Source of the DNA: an uncultured Candidatus Saccharibacteria bacterium
GTDB taxonomy: Bacteria; Patescibacteriota; Minisyncoccia; Portnoybacterales; UBA2143
Assembly (NCBI GenBank): GCA_964548405.1
Contig: CAZJPW010000002.1
Coordinates: 17 to 64,016 of the forward strand
Reading direction: 5' to 3'
Length of the DNA stretch: 64,000 nucleotides
Below, piece by piece: positions 19,555 to 28,554 of this stretch. The translations under genes and the position numbers were made by a program. Below the pieces are notes generated by a model. It worked only from the letters and a program-made list of their open reading frames with translations, did no database searches and had not been told where the DNA came from. Positions within the stretch are counted from its first letter, which is position 1. Each line of letters starts with the position of its first letter.

Positions 19555-21183
19555 TTATTTTCCTTTATCGTTTTTAAATATTGGTATCTTAAACCAAAAT
19601 TCACTTCCTTTATTCTCACCTTTGCTTTTAACGCCGATCTGGCCATGGTGGGTTTCAATAATTAGACGAGCGATATAGAGACCCAAGCCAACACCTTCAG
19701 TCCAAATCCGAGCCACTTTTTTCCCCCGGATAAATTTATCAAAAAGATGTTTTATACCCCCACGCTCAATACCAATACCTGTATCCTTAACTGAAAATAC
19801 TGCCTTATCACCAACTTTCTTTAAAAATATCTCTATTTTCCCTTTGGCCGTATACTTAATAGCGTTATCAATTAGATTAATAACAACTTGGCGGATTTTT
19901 TCTTCATCAGCCCTAACAAATATTTCTTTTGCTTTAGGCAAATGATAAACAAATTTAAGCTTTTTCTTGTAAGCCTGTAATTCTAATTCTTCAACAGAAC
20001 TTTCAACAAGCTTAATTAAAGAAATTTTAGAGAATTCAAATTTCATTTTACCGCCTTCCATATGGGAAAGATCGAGTAAATGATCAACTAATTTAATTAA
20101 TCTTTCATTACTTTCCAAACTTTTTTCCAGCTTATCCTTTGCTTGATCAGAAACTGACCCGTAAAATCCTTCTAAAATCATAGAGATAAATCCTTTAATA
20201 ATGGATAAAGGAGTCCTTAATTGGTGAGAAGCAATAGAAATAAATTCTGATTTGGCTTTGTCCAGTTTTTGAAGTTCAACATTAGCTCTTTTCAGACTCC
20301 GAGCCATCCTAGTAATCTTTTCACGCGAACTAACTTCATTAATAACACCTCGAATAAGCAAAATACTAAATATGGCCACAATGACAAATATCCCCAACTT
20401 TAAGATTAGTTCTAACCGTGAATCAGCAATTAGAGCATCAACTAGAACAGCAACTGAGATAAAAATGCTGAAAATTTCAGTTGTAATTACCTTAATATTA
20501 AATAAGTGATGCTTAAAAATGGCATACGAAATGGATATGACGAAAATAGTGGTCAGGACTGGACCCAGCCAATAGAAACTAAAATTGCCAGTAAACGGTA
20601 AAATAATATCAAATAGGAGGCCGCAAGTAATAGAAAAAATGGTTCCTAAACCAATATAGATTAACTGTCTTTCTTTTAACTTATCTTTAACAGATCCAAA
20701 ACTTTTAATTAGATAATAGTATCCCAGGAATGCCCCCAGGATAATATAAATTCCATAAACATAATAAAAATCGCCAAAGTTAACTATTTTCTCACCATTT
20801 AAGAATTCAACACCATCAATAACCTTATCTGTAAAAATAATATAAAAGAGCGAAATAAGAAAAAGAACAAACATCCCAGAGATAAGCTTCAGATTCTTTT
20901 TTAAATCAAAACTGATAAAACCATTAGAAAAATAAATAAAGCCTGTTATGACAACCGCCCCGGCAATATAAAGCGTCTTGGTCGCTATAATAACAATCAA
21001 TGGATTATCAACATTCATAAACACCAACATAGCCAAAATCCACAAAGTCGCTCCATAAGAAGTAATGGATAAAAAAGTACTGCTGATAACGCGACTCCTA
21101 ATCAACAATAGAGTCGATAAAATACCAGTAGTTAAGAAAGATATACCTAAAAGGGCATTGATGACTGGTAATTGAACAAACAT
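19555..21183 (-). CDS. Sensor histidine kinase with multi-TM N-terminal sensor domain
   Basis: About 8 hydrophobic helices N-terminally, H-box SHQLRTPLSIIKGF and HATPase_c G-boxes (DTGIGI, GLGL). No response regulator adjacent. Confidence 0.75.
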   Translation of the reverse strand: MFVQLPVINALLGISFLTTGILSTLLLIRSRVISSTFLSITSYGATLWILAMLVFMNVDNPLIVIIATKTLYIAGAVVITGFIYFSNGFISFDLKKNLKLISGMFVLFLISLFYIIFTDKVIDGVEFLNGEKIVNFGDFYYVYGIYIILGAFLGYYYLIKSFGSVKDKLKERQLIYIGLGTIFSITCGLLFDIILPFTGNFSFYWLGPVLTTIFVISISYAIFKHHLFNIKVITTEIFSIFISVAVLVDALIADSRLELILKLGIFVIVAIFSILLIRGVINEVSSREKITRMARSLKRANVELQKLDKAKSEFISIASHQLRTPLSIIKGFISMILEGFYGSVSDQAKDKLEKSLESNERLIKLVDHLLDLSHMEGGKMKFEFSKISLIKLVESSVEELELQAYKKKLKFVYHLPKAKEIFVRADEEKIRQVVINLIDNAIKYTAKGKIEIFLKKVGDKAVFSVKDTGIGIERGGIKHLFDKFIRGKKVARIWTEGVGLGLYIARLIIETHHGQIGVKSKGENKGSEFWFKIPIFKNDKGK

Positions 21184-22289
21184 TAAGAAAAAATATTATT
21201 TAGAACTTTTTGTCTTTTTTTAAATTCTTCTTTTGAAATTTCAACTTTCCTTAAAACAACTTTACCTGTGGGAATTGTCGGAAAGTTAAACCACCATGAT
21301 TCATTATCAACAAACAAAGAAACATACTCAAATCCGTAATAAGCATCCTTATCCTTGTCATAATCAACTACTAAGGATGATGTGTAAAATGTCGGCGTTG
21401 GATCCCTCCATCCCCATAAAGTCGCTAAAACCAAAGGCTTGGTCATATTATTCCAGGCCATGACATTAAAGGCGGCAACATTCCTATTACCAATAAACCA
21501 GGGCCATCTTTCATCTAATTCGATAAAGGGCCTGTGGATATCAAGAATTGCTAAAACTCCATTTAATTTTAACACACCAAGCTGTTCTTTCATAGATTCC
21601 AATTGAGAATCAACTCCCCCGATGCCGAACATGATCGTCACACAATCAAAAGTATTTTTTGAAAAATGCTTTAAACCTTTTTCACCGCTTGTCTTGGTTA
21701 AATTCCTGGCATCACCCTTAACAAATTCTATCTCTCTAATGTTTTTTGCTAAAAGGCCATCTTTTTTAATCCTAGGCAGAATAACCCGCTTTGCCTGATT
21801 GAGCATTCCCTGGTTATAGTCAAGGCCAACTGCGCTAACTTTAACATTACATAATTGAAACATCCTAAACATTTCCTCTAAAGATAACCCGATGCCCGTG
21901 CCTACATCTAAAAGCCTGATTTTCTCTTTTTTCTTCTTATTAACATAGATATAATTTACCACTTCTAAACCAATTTGCCTGCGCCACCAAGTGTCCCTAA
22001 AATTAGTTGTCAGATGATGTTTTCGTTCATAGGTTTCAGCCTCACGAGTATAGATATTTTCTACTTCTTTATGGTCAGGATCACCCTGATATTTCCTATA
22101 CAAAGATCCAAAAATGCCTAAGCGCCACTTTAAGGCTATTTTAATAAATACGTGCAGTAAAATCTTGTAATAAAGATACCAAAAAATACCCACCTTTACC
22201 GAAACACTTTTAAAAACATAATCAGGGAGATAATCAGATTGGCATTCTGATGGCAGGATAGAATCTAATTTTAATTCACGTTTTTTCAT
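21183..22289 (-). CDS. Class I SAM-dependent methyltransferase
   Basis: Motif I LLDVGTGIGL and acidic post-I loop. A long C-terminal extension of unknown function. Confidence 0.6.
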   Translation of the reverse strand: MKKRELKLDSILPSECQSDYLPDYVFKSVSVKVGIFWYLYYKILLHVFIKIALKWRLGIFGSLYRKYQGDPDHKEVENIYTREAETYERKHHLTTNFRDTWWRRQIGLEVVNYIYVNKKKKEKIRLLDVGTGIGLSLEEMFRMFQLCNVKVSAVGLDYNQGMLNQAKRVILPRIKKDGLLAKNIREIEFVKGDARNLTKTSGEKGLKHFSKNTFDCVTIMFGIGGVDSQLESMKEQLGVLKLNGVLAILDIHRPFIELDERWPWFIGNRNVAAFNVMAWNNMTKPLVLATLWGWRDPTPTFYTSSLVVDYDKDKDAYYGFEYVSLFVDNESWWFNFPTIPTGKVVLRKVEISKEEFKKRQKVLNNIFS

Positions 22290-23403
22290 TTTTTTGTTTT
22301 AACCTAGCGATAAAATCTTTAGCGATATTTTGAAGAAAATCAGAAGGAAAATTAAATTGATTAACTATATCCTGCCCTAATAATTCCTTAGTATTCTTCA
22401 TATCATATATATTATATTCTATCATATAATATTTATAATGATAAAACCTCTTAGCCAGTCCTCTAAACGACTTTAATAAAACGCTAATCGACTTAATTAA
22501 ACAAAAGTACAAACGCACCATCCACCTGGGACTCCTAATGGTCGGTATCTTTATTTCCAAAGCCCCAAATGTTTGCTCTGTTACATCCTTCATAGAAAAA
22601 GGCAATGGATTGGTAATATGAAATGTTCTATTTAAGGCCTTGGGATTGGGTATAATTTTCAACATCCATCTTATAGCAATATTAATCGGCATCAGATTCA
22701 AAAACGCAGTTCTAGAATAAAAATAAGGTATAAATATTTTCGTCGGGCCATCTTTAAGTTTTTGTCTTAATCTATACAATGAATAGACTACGGAATAATA
22801 GCCAAAAAAGCTTAATGTTTTTCGTCCTGTTTCTATTAGAATACTTGGCCTGAAAATAATAAACTGGTTACCTCTTTCTCCCCACTTCCTGATAACCTTT
22901 TCTGCTTCAAATTTACTCTCTTCATAAGGATTATTAAACTTATTCGGCTTTATTAACTCATCTTCAAACACAACACCCGGCCTTTGCCCGTGGACATAAG
23001 CAGTGCTAGTGTAATAGACTGGACTCTTTATCTCTTCAGAAAAGGATAAAATATTTTTTAAAATATCAACATTATCAGTGAAAACAGCCTCTCTGTCTCT
23101 TTCCCTAAAGCTCAAATTGGCTGCTAAATGCCAAATACCATCTACCTCATTTAAAAGCTGAGCTACAATATCTTTAGGAAGCCCTAAGCTTTCTTCCAAT
23201 AAATTAACTTCAAATATACCTACTTGCTCAAAAGAAATATCAGGCTCTATAGATCTTAAAACTTCCTTAATCCTTTCTTTGAAAACTTTGCCATCCTTTG
23301 ATCTTCCTAAAAAAATAACCTTATCTCCACGCCCAATAAGCTCTATTGAAAGCAATGAGCCCAAAAATCCAGTTCCTCCTGTAAGCAAATATGTTTTACT
23401 CAT
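22276..23403 (-). CDS. NAD(P)-dependent thioester/fatty-acyl reductase-like SDR (NAD_binding_4 type)
   Basis: TGGTGFLGS Rossmann motif and YEESK catalytic Tyr-Lys. Overall resemblance to R-domain/fatty acyl-CoA reductases. Confidence 0.6.
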   Translation of the reverse strand: MSKTYLLTGGTGFLGSLLSIELIGRGDKVIFLGRSKDGKVFKERIKEVLRSIEPDISFEQVGIFEVNLLEESLGLPKDIVAQLLNEVDGIWHLAANLSFRERDREAVFTDNVDILKNILSFSEEIKSPVYYTSTAYVHGQRPGVVFEDELIKPNKFNNPYEESKFEAEKVIRKWGERGNQFIIFRPSILIETGRKTLSFFGYYSVVYSLYRLRQKLKDGPTKIFIPYFYSRTAFLNLMPINIAIRWMLKIIPNPKALNRTFHITNPLPFSMKDVTEQTFGALEIKIPTIRSPRWMVRLYFCLIKSISVLLKSFRGLAKRFYHYKYYMIEYNIYDMKNTKELLGQDIVNQFNFPSDFLQNIAKDFIARLKQKNEKT

Positions 23404-24056
23404 TTGATTAGTTCACTAATAGCCAGCATTACCTTATCAACTCCCTGCTCCAAAGAAACATCACCCAATGAATAGATAGGCTGGCCAATGTGAATAATCA
23501 CCTTTCTGGTTCGAAAAAGAGTTTTAAACGACAAAATTCCAAAAGTTCCCTCAACGTAAACCGGCACAATTGGCGCTTTTGTTTGCTGATGTAAATATGC
23601 AACTCCGCGCTTACCTTGCTGAAGATTTCCATCTTTTGTCCTTCCACCCTCAGGATAAATCCAAATATGCCCCTTATCATTTAGCGAAGCTATCGCTTCT
23701 TTTAAAACTATATTCAAAGCATTACCTGTCTTTATTCGCACTTTAATTGAACCATTCATTAAAACATACAAAGCAACTAACAAATACCTCCATTTAAAAT
23801 ACCTATCTAATACTAAAAACCTAATAGGGAAAAATCTTTCAGGATAAAAATCACCCTGATAACGGGGCATGGCTGATGCGCAAATGGGCCCGTCTATATA
23901 GCTAGCGTGATTAGAAGCAAAAATAATTGGCTGATTCTCAAGCCCTTTTAGATTTTCCTGACCATGAATCCGATAACTAACGAAAAACCTCAAAATTGAA
24001 TAAACAGGCCAATAAGTAATCGCCTGAAAGATTTTTGCGATTTTAACAATAGACAT
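23400..24056 (-). CDS. PlsC-family lysophospholipid acyltransferase
   Basis: NHASYID (HX4D) motif, and PEGGR block later. Confidence 0.7.
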   Translation of the reverse strand: MSIVKIAKIFQAITYWPVYSILRFFVSYRIHGQENLKGLENQPIIFASNHASYIDGPICASAMPRYQGDFYPERFFPIRFLVLDRYFKWRYLLVALYVLMNGSIKVRIKTGNALNIVLKEAIASLNDKGHIWIYPEGGRTKDGNLQQGKRGVAYLHQQTKAPIVPVYVEGTFGILSFKTLFRTRKVIIHIGQPIYSLGDVSLEQGVDKVMLAISELIK

Positions 24057-24072
24057 ACTGATTAAAAATCAA

Positions 24073-24102
24073 AAAACGGGTTACCCAAAAGAGTCCCGTT
24101 TT
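24073..24102. terminator. Hairpin AAAACGGG...CCCGTTTT with flanking A/T tracts (bidirectional terminator-like) between ABC exporter and plsC
   Basis: An 8-bp stem was read directly. Minus-strand reading gives hairpin plus TTTTTTGATTTTT. It lies about 17 nt upstream of the plsC ATG. Confidence 0.45.
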
Positions 24103-24253
24103 AAAATTAAACTCGGTTTTCATTATCCTTGCCCTCCTTCCTCTTCCTATATCTATGTCTGTACTTCATAGTTTTATAATCTTTATTCTATTTTAAAATA
24201 TTATCCTGATTTTAACAAGAGAACATGTGAATTAAAAACCAACTTATCCCTAA

Positions 24254-25993
24254 CTATTTAATTATAGTCGCCTGTAACTTATTAAGCTTCCTATAAACCC
24301 CACCCTTATTAATCAATTCCTGGTGATCACCTTCTTCAATAATTCGTCCTTTTTCCAAAACTAATATCAAATCAGCTTTTTGAATAGTACTTAAACGATG
24401 AGCAATAACAAAAGTGGTTCTGCCTTTGATTAACTGAGCTAAAGCATCCTGAACTAATTTCTCGGTAGCTGAATCCAAGCTGGAAGTGGCTTCATCAAGA
24501 ATCAAAATACGAGGATTTCTTAAAATAGCCCGGGCAATAGCCACCCTTTGTTTCTGGCCTGTTGAAAGTTTAATCCCTCTTTCACCCACCAATTGCTCAT
24601 ATTTCTTATCAAACTTCTGAACAAATTCATGAACATGAGCTGCCTTGGCCGCTTTAACAATATCTTCATCAGTCGCCTTCTGTCTTCCATATTTAAGATT
24701 ATTCTTAATGCTGTCGTTAAATAAGGTAACTTCTTGAGGCACAATAGCTATCTGCTTTCTTAATGACTCTAAATTAACCTCAGCAATATCCTGATTATCA
24801 ATTAAAACCTTACCTTGTTTGGGAAGGTAATAGCGAGAAACCAAATCAATCAAGGTTGTTTTACCTACCCCACTCTCACCAACCAAAGCAACCATCTGGC
24901 CCGGCTTAACCTTAAAATTAATATCTCTCAATACATTCTTATTCTTCTGATAGCCAAAACTAATGTTATCAAATTCAACCTCGCCTCTAATACTCTTAAA
25001 TTCCTTCTTATTATTCTGATACGGTTCAGGTTTAACATTAAGAAGTTTTTGAGCCCGCTCAATAGCAGTTAATCCAGTTCTGATTGCCCTGTAATCGTTA
25101 CCTAACATTCCAAAAGGAGCATAAACTAAACTGACATATCCGATAAACATAACTAATTGACCTGATGTAATAATTCCCCTCCCTAAAAAGTAAATAGCTA
25201 TAGCAAAAATTACTACAAAACCTATACTAAATATAGTTTCCTGCCAAGCATTAAGATCTCTCCAGGCATCTAAAAATATCCTATACTGTTTGGCAGCTTT
25301 AACTCTGAAATTTCTACTTGTTTTTTCTTTTTCTTTTTGTTCGTTAGTAAAAGATTTTACCGTTTGAATATTAAGAATTGAATCATAGAGATCTCCATGC
25401 GAATCTTCGTAAACTTTATTCATTTTTTTCTGTGCTTTAATAATCGGCTTCGTTTTCCAGATAGTAATTAGAGAATAAACAAGTAAAATAAATAAAAGTA
25501 ACAAAGCCAAACGCCATTCTACAAAACCCATAATTGTTAGAGCAATTATTACTGTTAAAAATTTTGGGCCGAAATAAAAAACAACTCCACCGATGATTCT
25601 TTCAAAATAATCAGCTCCCCGAGAAGCTCTTTGAATAATTTCTCCCATTTTTCTATTCTTATGAAAAGTTAAAGGAAGATTTAAAAGATGATTAATGATT
25701 TTTAAACGGAAATCATTTTCAACATCTATTGCTAAATGAAAACCACGATTATCAGCCATTCTTATAAACCAACCACTGATTAAAGATAGAATTAACCAAA
25801 ACAGAAGAATTCCGATGATTAGTTGCAAGGTGCCAGATTCTGAAACAGCAATATCAACTAACCGCCCATAAAGATATGGAATAACGGCCGCAATAAAAGA
25901 GCCCAGAAGGGCAATCAGGGCTATAAAATAGACTTTGGCTTTGTATTTCTTTAAATACTGCCAAATAACTTTAGAATCTTGAAATATTTTCAT
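24254..25993 (-). CDS. ABC transporter, fused permease/ATPase (MsbA-like exporter)
   Basis: 6-TM N-terminal half, Walker A GESGVGKTT, signature LSTGQKQRVAIARA, Walker B ILILDEATS. Confidence 0.85.
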   Translation of the reverse strand: MKIFQDSKVIWQYLKKYKAKVYFIALIALLGSFIAAVIPYLYGRLVDIAVSESGTLQLIIGILLFWLILSLISGWFIRMADNRGFHLAIDVENDFRLKIINHLLNLPLTFHKNRKMGEIIQRASRGADYFERIIGGVVFYFGPKFLTVIIALTIMGFVEWRLALLLLFILLVYSLITIWKTKPIIKAQKKMNKVYEDSHGDLYDSILNIQTVKSFTNEQKEKEKTSRNFRVKAAKQYRIFLDAWRDLNAWQETIFSIGFVVIFAIAIYFLGRGIITSGQLVMFIGYVSLVYAPFGMLGNDYRAIRTGLTAIERAQKLLNVKPEPYQNNKKEFKSIRGEVEFDNISFGYQKNKNVLRDINFKVKPGQMVALVGESGVGKTTLIDLVSRYYLPKQGKVLIDNQDIAEVNLESLRKQIAIVPQEVTLFNDSIKNNLKYGRQKATDEDIVKAAKAAHVHEFVQKFDKKYEQLVGERGIKLSTGQKQRVAIARAILRNPRILILDEATSSLDSATEKLVQDALAQLIKGRTTFVIAHRLSTIQKADLILVLEKGRIIEEGDHQELINKGGVYRKLNKLQATIIK

Positions 25994-26052
25994 AGTGTCC
26001 GTAGTGTTTACACTATAACATATCTACCAAATTAAGACAAACACACCCACAT

Positions 26053-27189
26053 CTATATTATCTTACCTTGTTTAATTCTCTGTCTAATCTCTTCCATAAA
26101 CCTATAGATAAACCAAAGATTATGATAAGTAGCCAACCGAGCAGCCAACATTTCCTTAGCTTTAAAAAGATGATGAATATACGATCGGGTATAATTCTTA
26201 CAAGTATAACACTGACATCCTTTAATAATCGGCTTTTTATCTGTTTTAAAACCTGATTTAAAAATATTCATTTCCCCTGAATCAGTTAAAAAAGTTCCAT
26301 GCCGAGCCAAACGGGTCGGAGCAACACAATCAAATAAATCAATACCCTGTTTGATTGCCCCTTTAAGATCATCTAAATAACCAATACCCAATAAATGCCT
26401 AGGTTTGTCATCTGGCAAATAAGGAATAATCCAATTCAAGGCATTGTTCATTTCTTGCTTGCCAAAGGAACCACCAATACCAAAACCCTCAAAAGGCAAC
26501 TGACCGATAAACTTAGCGCTAGCTTCCCTTAAATCTTTAAATAGACCACCCTGAACAACACCAAATAAAGCCTGATCTTTTCTTTTCTTAGCTTTTAAGC
26601 AACGTTCAGCCCACCTATGGGTTCTATCCATAGATTTCTTAGTATATTGATAATCATCTAAAGGAGATGTACATTCATCAAAAGCCAAGATAATATCAGC
26701 TCCTAAATATTCTTGAATCTTAATAGAAACTTCTGGAGTAAAACGATGTTTAGAACCGTCCAAATGCGAAGTAAAATCAACCCCATCATAATCTACTTTA
26801 CTTAACTTACCCACTCGCTGACTTTTCTCATCAACATCAATATCAGATTTAACTAACTTACCAATACCAGTTCCTAAAGCAGCTCCTAAACTAAAAACTT
26901 GAAAACCTCCGCTATCCGTGGTTATCACACCAGGCCAATTCATGAATTTATGAAGCCCACCCATTTTTTTAATAATCTTATGTCCAGGCTGTAAATATAA
27001 ATGGTATGTATTAGCTAAAATAGCTTCAAAGCCAATTTGATTAATATCTTCCGGAGTCAAGCTTTTAACTGTTGCTTTGGTAGCCACAGGAAAAAAAGCA
27101 GGCGTATGAATATCCCCATGGGGAGTTTTAATTAACCCTAAACGGGCTTTAGATTTTGAATGCTTTTTAAGAACTTTAAAAAAAGCCAT
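26053..27189 (-). CDS. tgt: Queuine tRNA-ribosyltransferase
   Basis: Typical Tgt N-terminus (TPHGDIHTPAFFPVAT) and zinc site CQCYTC...H. Confidence 0.9.
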   Translation of the reverse strand: MAFFKVLKKHSKSKARLGLIKTPHGDIHTPAFFPVATKATVKSLTPEDINQIGFEAILANTYHLYLQPGHKIIKKMGGLHKFMNWPGVITTDSGGFQVFSLGAALGTGIGKLVKSDIDVDEKSQRVGKLSKVDYDGVDFTSHLDGSKHRFTPEVSIKIQEYLGADIILAFDECTSPLDDYQYTKKSMDRTHRWAERCLKAKKRKDQALFGVVQGGLFKDLREASAKFIGQLPFEGFGIGGSFGKQEMNNALNWIIPYLPDDKPRHLLGIGYLDDLKGAIKQGIDLFDCVAPTRLARHGTFLTDSGEMNIFKSGFKTDKKPIIKGCQCYTCKNYTRSYIHHLFKAKEMLAARLATYHNLWFIYRFMEEIRQRIKQGKII

Positions 27190-27213
27190 AATTTCATTGT
27201 ATTTTTCTACTTA

Positions 27214-27248
27214 TTTGATATAATACCATAAAGGTCTTATAAATATAA
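27214..27248 (+). promoter_or_regulatory. Candidate sigma70-like promoter (TTGATA-N17-TATAAA/TATAAT) for the 27266 gene
   Basis: Hexamers read directly. Followed by RBS AAGGAGGG about 8 nt before the ATG. Confidence 0.35.
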
Positions 27249-27265
27249 TAAGGAGGGTTAAAATT

Positions 27266-27499
27266 ATGGGATTTGAAGAAATAAAAATTACTCCAGGAGG
27301 CGATCCAGAACAAAAGAAAACCGACCAATTAGCTCAAGAAGGTATAGAGAAACGCGGAGATATACCAGCTGGCGATATGGACAGCATCAATCAGCCAGAT
27401 CCAGAACAAGTTGAAAAAGCCGAACAAGGACTAAAAGAAGTACTGGAAGGCGTAAAAAAAATGGAAGACAACGGAGTTATCGTAGATATTGAAAAATAG
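27266..27499 (+). CDS. Hypothetical small acidic protein (77 aa)
   Basis: Strong RBS AGGAGGG and an acidic composition. One of very few plus-strand genes. Confidence 0.5.
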   Translation: MGFEEIKITPGGDPEQKKTDQLAQEGIEKRGDIPAGDMDSINQPDPEQVEKAEQGLKEVLEGVKKMEDNGVIVDIEK

Positions 27500-27501
27500 A
27501 C

Positions 27502-27954
27502 TTACCTTCTGAATTGATTTAAATAATAGCCGGCTACACCAAAAGCCACCGCTACATTTAAAGATTCTTTACTCCCTAACATGGGCAGACTAATTGTATG
27601 GTCTGTCCTTTTCAATACAGAATCAGAAACGCCCTTAACTTCATTGCCAATCACTAAAGCCAAAGGAAATCTTGGCTTAAACTGAGCATAGTTAATGCTC
27701 TTTTTTGTTTGTTCCAAAGAAACAATACAAACACCTTGTTTTTTTAATTTATCAATTATACGCCAAGTATGCCAATGATGTTCCCAAACAACATTTTTTT
27801 CAGCGCCCAAAGCAGTCTTAGAAATTTTATGATGAGGAGGACAACCACAAATTCCACCTAAAAAAACCTTATCCACAGCCAAAGCATCAGCTGTTCTAAA
27901 AATTGAACCGATGTTTTCCAAACTACGAATATTATCACAAACTAAATAAAACAT
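27502..27954 (-). CDS. SpoU/TrmH-family RNA 2'-O-methyltransferase
   Basis: SPOUT motifs: ENIGSIFRTADA, and the C-terminal LGSKESLNVAVA knot region. Confidence 0.75.
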   Translation of the reverse strand: MFYLVCDNIRSLENIGSIFRTADALAVDKVFLGGICGCPPHHKISKTALGAEKNVVWEHHWHTWRIIDKLKKQGVCIVSLEQTKKSINYAQFKPRFPLALVIGNEVKGVSDSVLKRTDHTISLPMLGSKESLNVAVAFGVAGYYLNQFRR

Positions 27955-28005
27955 ATATTTAAAGTTTAAAGGACCATTAACATTGCTGTCAACAGTCCTT
28001 TAATT

Positions 28006-28386
28006 TTACGGGTCAGGGTGCGACTTAATGAGATGCAACCCGGCACCTCTCCAAGCAGACCGTTTCCTCTGAATAATCCGAACCGGTCTTCTGTCTACCA
28101 GGGGAGTATATTCTCCGGAATAGGCCTGGATAAATCCAGCATCCTCATCTACCGGTATTCGCGCCTCTTTTAATACAGTAACAAAGAGACAGGCGAAATA
28201 TCTGGTTCTTTCTTTCCTTTCGCCTTTTGAGGAAGCCGGCCCCAACTTCTCCTGAAATTTCTGAAAAATTTTATAAAAAGAGCCGGCTGGATGATTAGGA
28301 TCATAACTCAATCCTTTTTTTCTTGGTTTCGTAGTCCTTAGAACAGCTTCCCGAAATTCACCCTCGAATTTTTCCCATTCTTTCAT
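28006..28386 (-). CDS. Hypothetical protein, compositionally atypical (GC-rich)
   Basis: 126-aa ORF with local GC about 45-50% against about 33% background. It has its own consensus promoter and RBS AGGAGG 9 nt upstream. No recognised motif. Confidence 0.5.
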   Translation of the reverse strand: MKEWEKFEGEFREAVLRTTKPRKKGLSYDPNHPAGSFYKIFQKFQEKLGPASSKGERKERTRYFACLFVTVLKEARIPVDEDAGFIQAYSGEYTPLVDRRPVRIIQRKRSAWRGAGLHLIKSHPDP

Positions 28387-28481
28387 TTAAGATTCCTCCT
28401 AAATAAGAATTAACTGTAAAAAATTATTTTAAAAAACTTACTTATATATAAACTCTAATTTCTTAGAGATTGTTTTCTAAT

Positions 28482-28510
28482 ATGATAACAGAAAAATAAC
28501 TATTTGTCAA
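28482..28510 (-). promoter_or_regulatory. Near-consensus sigma70 promoter TTGACA-N17-TATCAT driving gene 28006..28386
   Basis: On the minus strand: TTGACAAATAGTTATTTTTCTGTTATCAT, about 95 nt upstream of the ATG. The -35 element abuts the upstream terminator hairpin. Confidence 0.5.
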
Positions 28511-28548
28511 CCCCGTTAGAAATAAATTAGAGAAAATTTCTAACGGGG
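28511..28548 (-). terminator. 13-bp perfect inverted repeat CCCCGTTAGAAAT...ATTTCTAACGGGG, terminator for the GH gene and partially overlapping the -35 of the downstream promoter
   Basis: Perfect 13-bp arms with a 12-nt loop were read directly. T-rich sequence follows on the minus strand. Confidence 0.55.
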
Positions 28549-28554
28549 TCAATA

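Noticed and set aside
28006-28386. GC-rich stretch considered as a possible structured RNA gene (RNase P, tmRNA, SRP)
   Set aside because: No conserved RNase P motif (GGAAAGTCCGG), tmRNA motif (tRNA-like ends, ..ALAA tag) or SRP motif was found. The region has a clean 126-codon ORF with promoter and RBS, so protein-coding is the better explanation.
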